From contig NC_087437.1 of the NCBI RefSeq assembly GCF_036321535.1, positions 70,372,001-70,436,000 on the forward strand: a stretch of 64,000 bases of DNA, given 5' to 3'. The notes beneath the pieces are model-generated. The model was not told the DNA's origin. It worked only from the letters and a program-made list of their open reading frames with translations, and did no database searches. Shown one piece after another: positions 26,915-38,399 of this stretch (positions within the stretch are counted from its first letter, which is position 1; each line of letters starts with the position of its first letter). The translations under genes and the position numbers were made by a program. The DNA comes from Camelus dromedarius. Lineage: Eukaryota.

Positions 26915-29571
26915 TTTTTAAATTGCATTATAATTTACATATAATATTATATTGGTTTTAGTTTCAAATGTACAGTATAGTGTTTGTTTTAACCTTTGTA
27001 TGAAATGGTCACTATGATAAGTCTAGTAACCATCTGTCACCTACAAAGTTATTACAATATTGTTGACTATAGTCCCTATTATTTTGCATTGTATCCTGAT
27101 GACTTATTTTATGACTAGAATCTTTTTTTTATTGAAGTACAGTCAACTACAATGCGTCAATTTCTGGTGGACAGCACAATGTCCCTAGGACTAGAATCTT
27201 AATCCCCTTTACCAGTTTCATCCATTCTCCACCCCTCTCCACTGTAGCAACCACCATTTTGTTCTCTTTCTCTTTGAGTCTCCTTTGTTTGTTTTATTTT
27301 TTAGATTCCACATATAAGCACAATCATATGGTATTTGTCTTTCTTGGTCTGACTAATTTCACTCAGCATAATACCCTCTAGATTCATCCTGTAGATTCAT
27401 TCATGTTGTTGGAAATGGCAATATTTCATTATTTTTTATAGCTGAATAATATTCTATTGTATGTTTATCTGGTTATCTGTCAGTGGACACTTAGCTTGTT
27501 TCCACACCTTGACTATTGTAAATAATGCTGCAATGAACATAGGGGTACATATATCTTTTTGAATTATTATATTTGCTTTGAATAGACACCCTGAAGTAGA
27601 ATTGCTGGATCTTATGGTAGTTCTGTTCTTAATTTGGGGATGAATATCCATACCATTTTCCCTAGTGGCTACATCACTTTAAATTCCCATCAACAATGTA
27701 CCAGAGTTCCCTTTTTATTCTACAACCTCATTAACACTGGCTGTTTGTTGTCTTTTTGATAATAGCCATTCTGACAGTTGTGAGATGATATCTCATTGTG
27801 GTTTTGATTTGCATTTACCTGAAAATTAGTGATATTGAACATCTTTTTATGTGTCTATTGGCCTTCTACATTTCTCCTTTGGAAAACTGTTCAAGTCCTC
27901 TGCCCATTTTTTAATTGGATTGCTTGGTTGGTTTGTTTTGGTAATATATTGTATGAGTTCTTTGTATATTTTAGGTATTAACCCCTTATTGGATATATTA
28001 TTTGCAACTATCTTCTCCCATTCAGTAGGTTGTCTTTTCATTTTGTTAATGGTTTCCTTCGTTACGCAAAAGTTCTTAAGTTTGATGTAATCTTATTTGT
28101 TTATTTTTGTTTTTGCTTCCCTTGCCTGATGAAACAAATCCAAAAAATATTGCTGAGATCAATGTCAAAGAGCATACTATCTATGTTTTCTTCTAGGAGT
28201 TTTCTGGTTTCAGGTCTTACATTTAAGTTTAATACATTTTGAGCTTATATTTGTAGCTGGTGTAAAAGGTTGATCCAGTTTCATTTTTTAAATATACCTA
28301 TGCAGTTTCCCAAACACCACTTATTAAAGGGACTGCCTTTTTCCAATTCTATATTCTTGCCTCCTTAGTCATAGACTAATTGACCATATAAGCGTGGGTT
28401 TATTTCTGGCTTCTTTATTGTGTTCCATTGAGCTATCTGTTCCAGTGCCATACTATTTTGATCACTATGGTTTTGTAGTATAATTTGAAATTAGAGAACT
28501 TGATAACTCCATTTTTTTTCTTCTTTGTCAAGATTACTTTGGCTATTCTGGGTCTTATGTGACTCCGTATAAATATTAGGATTACTTGTTCTAGTTGTGC
28601 AAAAAAATGCTATTAGTATTTATTGAGATTGCATTAGATCTGTGGATTGCTTTGGAAAATATGGACATTTTAATAATATTAATTCTTTTAATACATGAGC
28701 ATGATATATCCTTCCACTTTTTTGTGTCCTCACCAATTTCTTTCATCAGTGTCTTATAGATTTCACACTTCAGACCTTTGACCTTCTCAGTTAAATGTAT
28801 TCCTAGGTATTTTATTCTTTCTGACGCAATTACAAATGGGATTGTTTTCTTAATTTCTCCTTCTGATAATTTATTATTAATATATAGAAATACAGCAGAT
28901 CTTATATTTATTCTTCAAGACCAGCATTACCCTGGTACCAAAACCAGACACTATAAAAAAAGAAAGTTACAGGCCAATAACCCTAATGAACATAAATGCA
29001 AAAATCCTGAACAAAATAATATCAAACCAGATTCAGCATACATTAAAAGGATCATACATCATGATCAAGTGGCATTAATCCCAAGGTCACAAAGATTATT
29101 CAGTATCCACAAATCAACCAATGTATACATTATATTAACACACTGAAGAATAAAAATCATATGATCATCTCAATAAATGCAGTAAAAGGATGTGATGATA
29201 TCAATCATCCATTTGTAATTAAAATTCTCAACAGTGTGGGTACAGAGGGAACATATCTCAAAATAAAGACTGTGTATGACAAACCCACAGCTAACGTCAC
29301 GCTCAATGGAGAAAAGCTGAAAGATTTTTCTCTAAGATCAAGAACAAGACAAGGATGCCCATTCTTGCCACTTTTAGTCAACATAGTATTGGAAATCCTA
29401 GTCATAGCAATCATATAAGATAGATAAATAAAAGGCATCTAAATGAAAAAGAAGTAAAACTATCAGTATATGCAGATCACATATTATATATAGAAAATCC
29501 TAAAGACTCCACCGAAAAACTATTAGAACTAATAAATGAATTCAGTAAAATTGTAGTTTACAAAATTAACA
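26915..29571 (-). mobile_element. L1 with 5' inversion: 3' part on - (26915-~28902), inverted ORF2 part on + (~28903-29571)
   Basis: Minus ORFs [29 protein letters not shown]; plus ORFs [20 protein letters not shown]...[16 protein letters not shown]...TRQGCP; TSD ttcagtccatcctt (26901-26914) / ttcagtacattctt (29572-29585). Confidence 0.93.
27125..27188 (-). mobile_element. 64-bp young camelid-type L1 3' tip with perfect 12-bp TSD
   Basis: tttttttattgaagtacagtcaactacaatgcgtcaatttctggtggacagcacaatgtccc flanked by gactagaatctt at 27113-27124 and 27189-27200. Confidence 0.9.
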
Positions 29572-29995
29572 TTCAGTACATTCTTCTTGATGGTGCCATG
29601 TTTTGAGAAGCTGGGTTTTTGGCAGTTGCTGTCATAGAAAGCAGGTGTGAAATTCAATATAGTACAAGAAATAAGAATGACAGTATCCAATATGATTTCA
29701 AGTTTTGAGAAGTTGTGCAGTGCCCCATAAGCACACACATCCCAATAATAAGTAATTTAAGAATGGTTATATAAGAATGGAATTAATATAATATTTACTT
29801 TTTAGTTTATGTTTATTATTTTTTATATGACCACTATGTTACTGGGGCATAAATACTTGTAGCCCTATACTACTCAATACATGGATTTGTTCGGTAATAT
29901 TTTAGGCTAAGTTTGCTGATAAAACATTGCTAAGACACTCAGGGCTCTGTGTAAAAAATAATTATGAAACACTGAGGGCTCCTGTCAAGTGAAAA

Positions 29996-32050
29996 ATTAT
30001 GTGTCATTCTGCAACATATTTTGGTCTCACCTGATATTATGTTCATTCATAGTTATCTACATTGGTACACATGGACCCAACGCATTTTAGTTGCTATATA
30101 AAGTACTGTGTATCATTCCATTGTGTGCTGAGCCACACTGATGCACATTTAAGAGTTTGTTCTCTTCCTTTCCCCTTCAGTACACTCACCTTCACTCATT
30201 TCTTTATGTCCTTCCTTTTTTTTTTCTTCCTCTGTCCTCTCTTTCCTTTGTTCTTTCTTTTCTTTTTTTTTTCTATTATAGCCAGTATCGCAGTAAACAT
30301 CTTTGTTAATATCTCTCTGTGTACATGTGAGAGGATTTCTGTATTTTAATTGCTGAGTTTAGGGAAAAAACATTTTTAACTTTACAAGGTAATGGAAAAT
30401 TACTCTTCAACATTTCTGAGTTCCCCTTTTTCCATACCCTCTCCAACTCTAGATTTTGACAGACTTAAATTTTTGATAAAAAGACAAGAGTAAAAGTGCA
30501 ATTATTAACTACTTTATTTTTTAAGTAAATTTGAGCACTTCATATTCTTATTGGCCAATCAGGTTTTATTTTCTCTGATTTTTAAAAAAATTTGTATTCT
30601 CAGCACTTTTTAAAATTATATGGTTATTTTTTATTCATTTGTTGTAGCTTATTATATATTCTCAGTAGAAATGGTTCACTGGTTATGTATGTTGCAAATA
30701 TTTCCCCTTAGTCCATCGCATGTCTTTTTTCCATATTTATAGTATTTGGGTTTTATTTTGTATTGATTTTTTAATTTTTTGCTTGTATTGATAAAATGAT
30801 GGTTTTACTAATTTAATCTCCAAATACTGTATGTATCACTTAATATATTTTCTGATGTTGAACAATTCTTACATTCCTGGGATAAATTCTCTATAATTAT
30901 TATGTATTTATATGCATACATACACATAAGCATGTACATATTGCTTTATTTGGTTTGCTTATATATTATTTAGAATTTTTGCATCTAAGTTCTTAAGTGA
31001 GATCAGCGTATACTTTTCCTTTTTTGTTCTCTATACTTTTAGTATCAATTCACATCAATTATTAATCATAGGATTATTCAATTTTTCTATTTCTTATTGT
31101 ATTGGTTTCAGTATGTTATGCTTTTCTAGGAAATCGCGCATTTCATTTGATTTTGTGAGTTGATTGTCATTTAGTTGTTTAGTATATTCTTTTTGTTATT
31201 TTAATATTTCTTATATCTTTAGAGATACACACTTTTCATTCCTAAAGTTTCTAATTAATGCCTTTTTATTGCTTAATATTTTATAATTAATAATACTTTG
31301 ATCAGTACAGGTTTATTATTAGGTTGAATTTTGGAAATTTCATATGGTTTGACCTAATATTTTATTTGTCTTTTTAAAGAACTGGTTTTGGCTATATTGT
31401 GTAATTTTTCTATGTCATTAATTTTTGTTTTAATCTTTATTATTTATTTCCTTCTTTATTTGGCCTTATTCTGCTGCTATTATTTTTTAACTTGCTGAGT
31501 TAGATCCTTAACTAATTAATTTTATAAAATTTTAGTATCATATATATGCATTAAAGGCCATAAATTTTCCACTAAGTATCACTTTAGCTGCATCCCACAG
31601 GTTTTGATATGTAGTATCTTCACTGTTGTTAGTTTTAAATATTTAATATTTCCATTATGAGTTTTTTCCTTGACTCATGAATTATTTATAACTGTGTTCT
31701 TTAGTTTAAATATATAGATGTTTTTAACCTGTCTTTTTGTCTTTATTTCTGATTTTCCTGCATTGTGATCAGACAACATGGTTTGCATGTTTGCATGATA
31801 AAAATTCTTTGGTGTTTGTTGAGTCTTCTTTTATGGACGAAAAATTGTTGAACTTTATAAATACTACACAATAGCTTGAAATAATATGTAGTCCTTGAGG
31901 GGAAAATTTTTTGCACATAAGTTAGTATTCAAAATTGTTAATTATATTGTTTAAATTTTCTGTATCTTTACTAGTTTTTGTTTTCTCATCTCGAAGTATT
32001 TTTTGCCTTATGGTTTAGTCCTTCAGTTTGTTCAGTGTTCTGGAATTTTA
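29996..32050 (-). mobile_element. Ancient L1ME-type element (fragmented)
   Basis: gttgcaaatatttccc, acattcctgggataaa, ttagaatttttgcatcta, ctttagctgcatcccacaggttttgatatgtag. Confidence 0.8.
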
Positions 32051-32129
32051 AATTCTTAGAAAACCATTCTGTCAATATTCTATTTAAATATCTGCTTCTC
32101 CATATCTGAGTCTCTTTCTTTATCCTGCT

Positions 32130-32305
32130 TTTTCCTTGTGGCATTTATTAGTACTGTATATTGTATTTATATTTATGTCTCCCTTTCTAGAACATAAACT
32201 TGCTGAAGACAGGAACTATGTTTTTTTCCACTACTATGTCTTCTTGGTCTAAAATAGCACCTACCTAAAAGAGGCATTTAATACATAGTGGTTGAATGAA
32301 TAAAC
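32130..32305 (+). mobile_element. L2 3' end
   Basis: tgtctcccttctagaacataaact...gttgaatgaataaa. Confidence 0.7.
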
Positions 32306-34749
32306 AAAAGAATAGCAGTTTCTGGTATTATGGTGAGCTCATTATCAGTTGAAGCAGATTGTTTTCTATGAGAGTTCTGATTGTCCCTCCAAAGTGATTT
32401 AGCATTTCCTTCTATCCTATGACTCAAGATCTGTGCCCATAAGAGTCTAGGAAATCCTGATCGGTTTTGTATTAATTTTTAAACTTGGATTTTTTTTGTC
32501 CCTAAGATACAGTATAAGTGTTGATTCCTAAAGTGACTATGAAACATATCTGGGTTTCATATTTGTTTTATGTGATTTTTTTTTTGCCACCCAGACCCTT
32601 AAGAAGAATTTAATTTTTTACTCCTTGTCCATGCCAGTCTATAGATCTTTTTCTACTCCTAATCCTATGGATGGTTCATCCATTAATAAACATGTCTCAG
32701 TTGCAGCTCCATCCCTCTCATTCGCTTTAGGTCTTGCCTGTTGTCCACAAAACCTAGTGTTAGAATTTGGTGTTAATACCCTGTATATCTACCTGAATAC
32801 CTGGGTATATGTGAGTATGGTGTCGTAGGGTCCAACCAACAAGGCTTCAGCCCCACACTAGGCTGTAGCTCTGAGTTGCCTCTTTTTTCTGACACTCAGA
32901 GATTTCCATTTTTATCTTTCATTTTAGCTTGGCTCAGTTGTTAATTATCAAAATTATCCAAAATATCTATATATTTGAAGTGAAAGACTGATACAATCAT
33001 ATCAGTGATATCTGTCATACTTCCTGAAATTATTAGCATTTCATAATAGCCTATCTTTACTATTATGTCCAGTGGGATCTTTCCATGAATCTTTATTAAG
33101 GTTGTTTATAGCATGGTAATCCTCTTACAGAAGATGCACATTAATAGTATAATAATATATCTACCAGTTGATTTAGATCATGTTGCCCTAATTCTTCAGT
33201 GGCTGACATACTTCTCTGCTGTCATATCAATGATCATATGTGATTTTTTTCAAAGAAAATATCCTTTAAGTTACAGTTAACATCATGCAGTGAGTATCTT
33301 TTTGTATGTGTGTGTGCATGTGTGTGTATAGTGAGAGGGAGAAAAAGGGCGAAAAAGAGATTAAAAAATTGAGATTGAAAAAGAGCCTATTATGAACAAA
33401 AAGATAGTTTAGGAGAGGGAGAGCATGGAGAGTGAGTGAGATTGCATTGATAAGACAGCTTATACCTAAACAAGACAAATCTTTGGAAAGGTTGGTTTAA
33501 TTATTTTCAGTGAGGCAGATGAACTGCAGATAAATTTTTCTAATTCCAGTCTGCCCTCCCCTTTAACTCCTTAGACCTGACTTCTTTTCACATGTAGCTA
33601 AACTTGTGTTTTTGCTGATACCTGAGTAATGTTGGGAGGTTTGCACTTACATTCAATTTTTGGCACTTTGTGATTTGTGCAGTACTCATGTGTATGGGGG
33701 AAAATTGGTCTCTCTGAGTACAGAGTAAGTGACTGTCATCTTGATTGTATGTGAAAGCTCCTATTCTATCATGTGATATTAACAGGAACCCAGTATCAGC
33801 AGAACTGTGTTCTTTTGGAAATGCTTTTCCTCAACATTCTCCATACATAGCAAGAGCATAGGTAATAAAGCTATTCAAGTCTCACAAGTGAGATGTGAAC
33901 ACTTCACCCTCTTTTGCAAATATTGCAATATTTTGTGATTCTCCTTCACATCAGAAAAGAAAAAGAATCTTTCCGATTATTTCTTTAATGAATCAGTTTC
34001 TTTATGGAGCTTTTGAAAATGTTATTTTTCAGATAGATTCAACAATCTTACCCCTATTGTGTAATTTAGTGGTAAGCTTTCTGCCTTCATCTTACCTGGG
34101 AAGGTCAAGCATTTTATGACCTCAAAAAGCCTGATCCTTGTTTTGTACAATTACCTAAATGTTTCCATTATTTAGAATAGATATTTCAACCATCTCAAGG
34201 TTTACTTTTACTAAGATTCTCAAGTGTTTTCATTTATTGAGTACTGAATCCAGTTGAAGCAGCTTTTATAATATTGTCTAAAATCTTACATTTTCTTATG
34301 TTATTTTAAAATCTGTGGTTGTATGACATGCTGATGTAACTTAATGGTAAACTTTACATTTAGACATTACAGCTTATAGCATTTTTGTAAAAACCTAGTT
34401 GAAGCTTAAAAAGTACTTTGACACCATAGTTACTAGAGATTTATGTGTACAGAACAGATGAAGTACAATTGAATATTAGAAAGGTAGAGTACAGTTTATT
34501 GATTATCACAAATAGAAGGGTTGATACCTTAATGGAAGCTGATTTGCAGTAGAATTTTTTATAGCAATTGTAGTATAGTATAGAGGATAGAAAATGATAT
34601 TGTTACTAATTAATAAATAATGCATCTCATGACGATGTGAATCAGTGTACTATCATTTAGAATCTTTACCAACCAAGTTTTATTTAATAGTGTAGCTAAT
34701 TTTAAGAAGCAGAAAATAAGTTAAAAATACCTTTTGAAACGTTATCAGC

Positions 34750-35412
34750 CAGAATCAGTAAAGGAGTATTTAGTAATTTGGATATATGAAGGTATATTCT
34801 AATTAGGAAATTTAGAAGGCCTAAAAGATTTTGAGGAAGAAACAATTCTAATAATAAATGTAATGATAATGTAGCCTGAAATAGGCTGACAACATTTTCA
34901 ATAAAATACTGGAAGAGAAATAAGTAAACATCTTGAAGACAAAGGAATCATAAGCAATGAACAAGATGAGTTTATTACAAACAAATCATGTCTGACAAAA
35001 TTAATAGTTGTTTAAAATAGAATTGCAGAATTAGCATGGAAAAAGGGAAAGCATTTCTTAACTTCAACTATTTATTGTAGTTTTTAAAAAATAATTTAAA
35101 AGTCAGGATACAGATAACCTAGTGTATTGAATATTTATGTAAATACAATGAATCTACTTAAGGCCAAAATGTAATACCAAGAATATCCCCAAATTGGGAT
35201 TAGGTGGCAGTGGTAAGAGTGACCTCAGGGGTTTGGGCCTCCCATAATCTTCATTGATCCTTCCAAATACTCATACAATTAATGGAGAAACAACATACAT
35301 AGCATATAAAGACAGCTTCTAATACAAGACTTCCAGTGCTCCTTCTAATCGTATTTTGTTGCTATGTTTGCCCTATATAGAAATTCTATAGGCTTTATTG
35401 ATGGATTTAGAT
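34750..35412 (+). mobile_element. CR1/L3-class LINE reverse-transcriptase fossil
   Basis: My translation: NKILEE (~34900), SKHLEDKGIISNEQDEFITNKSCLTKLIVV*NRIAEL (34923-35033), PQGFGPPIIFID (~35223-35258), collinear with CR1 GKILEQ..KHLE..VI..SQHGF..GKSCLTNLI.F..., PQGSVLGPVLFNIFIND. Confidence 0.75.
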
Positions 35413-35434
35413 CAAGGGTCAACTAATCTTACCA

Positions 35435-36115
35435 TTTTGTTTTGTTTTGCTTATTGAGGTATAGTTGGTATATAACATTATACTAGTTTCAGGTGTACAA
35501 CATAATGGTTTGATCTATGTACACACTGCAAAATGATTACCACAGTAAGTTAACACCCATCACCACACATAGCTACAATTTTTCTTCTTGTGATGAGTAC
35601 TTTTAAGATCTATTCTCCTAGCAACTTTCAAGTGTACAATGCAGTATGATTAACTATATTGTCACTATGATATACATTGTATCCCCAGGACTCACTAATT
35701 TTATGACTGGAAGTTTGTACCTTTCGACCACTTTCACCTGTTTTGCCCACCCCCTTGCCCCGCCTCTGGCAACCACCCATCTGTTCTCTGTATCTCTGAG
35801 TACATTTTTTTTTTAGATACCATTAGATTTCATTAGCTATAAGTGAGGTCATATGTTATTTGTCTCTATCTGACTTGTTTCACTTAGCATAATGCTCTCA
35901 AGGTCAGTTCATGTTGTCACAAATGGCAGGACTACCTTCTTTTTATGGCTAAATAAGATTCCATTGTATATATAAACCATTTTTTTCCCATTCATCCATG
36001 GATACGTGCTCAGATTGTTTCCATATCTTGGCTATTGTAAATAACGCTACAAACAACATGGGGGTGCAGATACCTTTTCAAGTTAGTGTTTTCATTTCCA
36101 TGGATAAATAGCCAG
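35435..36115 (-). mobile_element. Laurasiatherian L1 3' UTR
   Basis: ttattgaggtatagttggtatataacatt...tcaggtgtacaacat...tgactggaagtttgtacctt...cttggctattgtaaataa. Confidence 0.9.
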
Positions 36116-36365
36116 ACCATAGGGTCAAGCAAGGAGAATAGGTGGCTTGTGCTTGGAAGACCTGAACTCCTTGATGACTTTCAGGGAAGAGTTTTTAAGG
36201 CAACATGTAGGGTGATAGCAGCAGGTTGTATGACTTTCTTCTGATTGTTTGCTGGTGAGGTAACAGGGCGGTGTTCCAGGAATCTCAATCATCAGCTTTC
36301 TAGTTCCGACCAGTCTTGTGTCTCAGCATCAAGTCACCATCTTCACCTGGGGGGGCCTTAGTTCT
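36116..36365. mobile_element. ERV1-class LTR fragment
   Basis: caagcaaggagaat...ctgaactcc...ttcagggaagagtttttaagg...ctgattgtttgctggtgaggtaacagggcggtgttccaggaatctcaatcatcagc resembles recalled laurasiatherian ERV1 LTRs; subfamily not determined. Confidence 0.6.
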
Positions 36366-36500
36366 TGCTGGTCTTGGAGAGTCTCCCAGAAAGGCAAGAG
36401 GCAACTGCAGCTCACCTTGGGGACATAGACACCAGGGGCAGCCATTCCTAGGAGCTCCCTCTACTGTGGGGACACTGGTGCTGGTAAGCACCACTGAGAA
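36366..36500 (+). mobile_element. L1 5' UTR fragment
   Basis: ctcaccttggggacatagacacc...gcagccatt...ggagctcc...ggacactggtgctggtaagcacca resembles recalled L1 5' UTR sequence; GC-rich island in AT-rich context. Confidence 0.55.
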
Positions 36501-36912
36501 TGTCATTGTGATTTTGATTTACATTTCCCTGATGATCACACTCTATTCTTATAAAAAGTTTTATTTAATTGCCAGCATGCTTGTTTGTTTATGTATTTAT
36601 TGCCTACTTTCATACTAAATGGCAGAGTTGAGCAGTTGAGATGAAAAGTGTGTGACCCTCAAAGCCTAAAATATTTATCATTTGGCCTTTTGCAGAAAGT
36701 TTGCTGATCTCTGGCTTATATGAATTGTTTTTAACCTTTAGAAGCATTAGAATTGTTGTCAAGTCTGGGCATAGGACGAGTATTTGTAATTGTATGAAGG
36801 AGGGAGTGAATTTGTACATGTTAACACTTATGTTTAGTCTTACCCTGAATCTTCTATGTTTCATGGGAAATGACCCATTTGTTTCAGTAGTAAAGGTCCA
36901 AAATGAGATACA

Positions 36913-36960
36913 TGACGTCACTGTCTTTCACTCAGTTCCATTTAACTGCTGTTGACGTCA
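36913..36960. promoter_or_regulatory. Pair of perfect CRE palindromes (TGACGTCA x2)
   Basis: TGACGTCA at 36913-36920 and 36953-36960 in apparently unique sequence; function inferred only. Confidence 0.45.
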
Positions 36961-37254
36961 TAAAAGTTGATGATGATATATCAATAGGTTTAGTGGGAAA
37001 GGTGAAGGGAACTGTGGCTGAGAAAAAGAATGTGGTTTGTCTTAAGTATCAAAGACATTTTAGATCTCATTCTGTGATGATCTATTTTGTTTAGAATCCT
37101 TTCAAAATTTATCTTGGACTTTTCTCCCAAATGTACTTATGTTGAGGACAGAGCATTCTTCAGCCTGGGATTCAACTAAAAATAATCACCTTGTGCATGG
37201 TAGGTGCCTGATAAATATTTATGGCTTGAATATTAACTTCATAATTACTTTTTT

Positions 37255-37650
37255 GTATTTGTTTATTTATTCCTCAGCTGTTTGAGTGCTTACTACATGC
37301 CAGGCATAATGCCAGGAGCAAGTGATTTGGCAGTGCATAATGTGCAGCTACACTGATAGGGTCCCTAATGTGAGGAGAGGGACAATGAGTGAGTTTATAA
37401 ATAATGATTGCAGAGAGTGATATCTGTGAAGAAAAGAAAATTGGATGGTTGAATAAAGAGTGACTTGGGTCAGAAAAGGTGGATAGTGAGATAAAGAGTA
37501 ATGAGGTGCCATTTGAGCCAGGACTGAATGATGAGAAAGGGAAGCCACCATGAAATGATCTGGGAGAAGAGCCTCTAAAAGGACAAGTTTAAGAACCCCA
37601 AAAAGCTGTGGCCTGATGAAGGAATAGAAATAAACCAGTGTGTCTGGATC
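37255..37650 (-). mobile_element. L2 fragment
   Basis: tttgagtgcttactacatgccaggca..., catttgagccaggactgaatgatgag...gatctgggagaagagc. Confidence 0.75.
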
Positions 37651-38383
37651 TTAAGAAAAGAGTTTGTGTGTATGTGTATACTGTGTTAATTTAGGACCCA
37701 CCATATTTTATGTCTGTGGGAGAATGTTAGTAGAAACAGGGTAGCCCTCTCTATGTTTTCTTAGATGTTCAATCAGTATTTTCTAAACAGATATGTAGAT
37801 GTTTGAACTAAAATGAGAGTAATTGAATTAATTTTATCTGAATCAATTTTAGTTGAATCCAAGAGAAGGTCATGCATAGGTGTGTGGATGGAAATAAAAG
37901 AGTACGAAGACAGAGCTGATAAAGAGTTTTGGAGAAGTTGGAGATTTACACTTGATTCTTTGGCTCCAAGACCATGTAAATTTCAGTTATGCGAACACTC
38001 CTAGACACATTGTAGGCCCTAATAAAAGTTTGCTGAATCGGTGTATATTGGTTTAAAATCTTATCTGATTGGATTAGAGCGTATAATTTCTGTATTATTT
38101 GGAAGAGTGAATACATAATGGAACCAGATTATGGAGGACTTTGAAAACCAAGCACAATAGGATTTGATATTGTAAGTGATTGGGAATCATTATAGGGAAT
38201 AAGGTAATAACTAGATGATTTCCAAATATTTGTTTTATTGTGGTATGTAAGATTATTTAAAGACAGAAGGAGCTGAGAATGATGTTTTTATTCCACGCAT
38301 ACTTTCTATTTTAACCTGGTTCTCATTCCCAGCCTGGCTTGGTTATATTACAATTACTTCATAGCAGTCCCTGGGTCTAACGA

Positions 38384-38399
38384 GGAAACGCTGACTCAG
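38384..38399 (+). promoter_or_regulatory. Candidate NFAT:AP-1 composite site
   Basis: GGAAA-CGC-TGACTCA, the same 3-bp spacing as the ARRE2 composite. Confidence 0.3.

Larger units (their letters stand above)
26736..29995 (+). mobile_element. hAT-Charlie DNA transposon (Charlie4-like), split by an L1 into 26736-26914 and 29572-29995
   Basis: Left end ccatggtttccaa...gtgccacagtgaactc...ggatattttaaatttt; right part encodes (with a frameshift) EAGFLAVAVIES / QEIRMTVSNMISSFEKLCSAP*AHTSQ*, the Charlie/hAT transposase C-terminus. Confidence 0.8.
35413..36713. mobile_element. MER58-type hAT MITE, split (35413-35430 and ~36545-36713)
   Basis: Right part atggcagagttgagcagttg...caaagcctaaaatatttatcatttggccttttgcagaaagtttgctgatctctg is the MER58 end; left stub caagggtcaac is weaker. 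Confidence 0.75.

Noticed and set aside
28778..29418. Longest ORFs (122 and 85 aa) as a functional RT gene
   Set aside because: Frameshifted L1 ORF2 debris; the 122-aa ORF spans the inversion junction
36970..37021. C/D-box-like ATGATGA...CTGA
   Set aside because: Too short, with no terminal stem or recognisable rRNA guide
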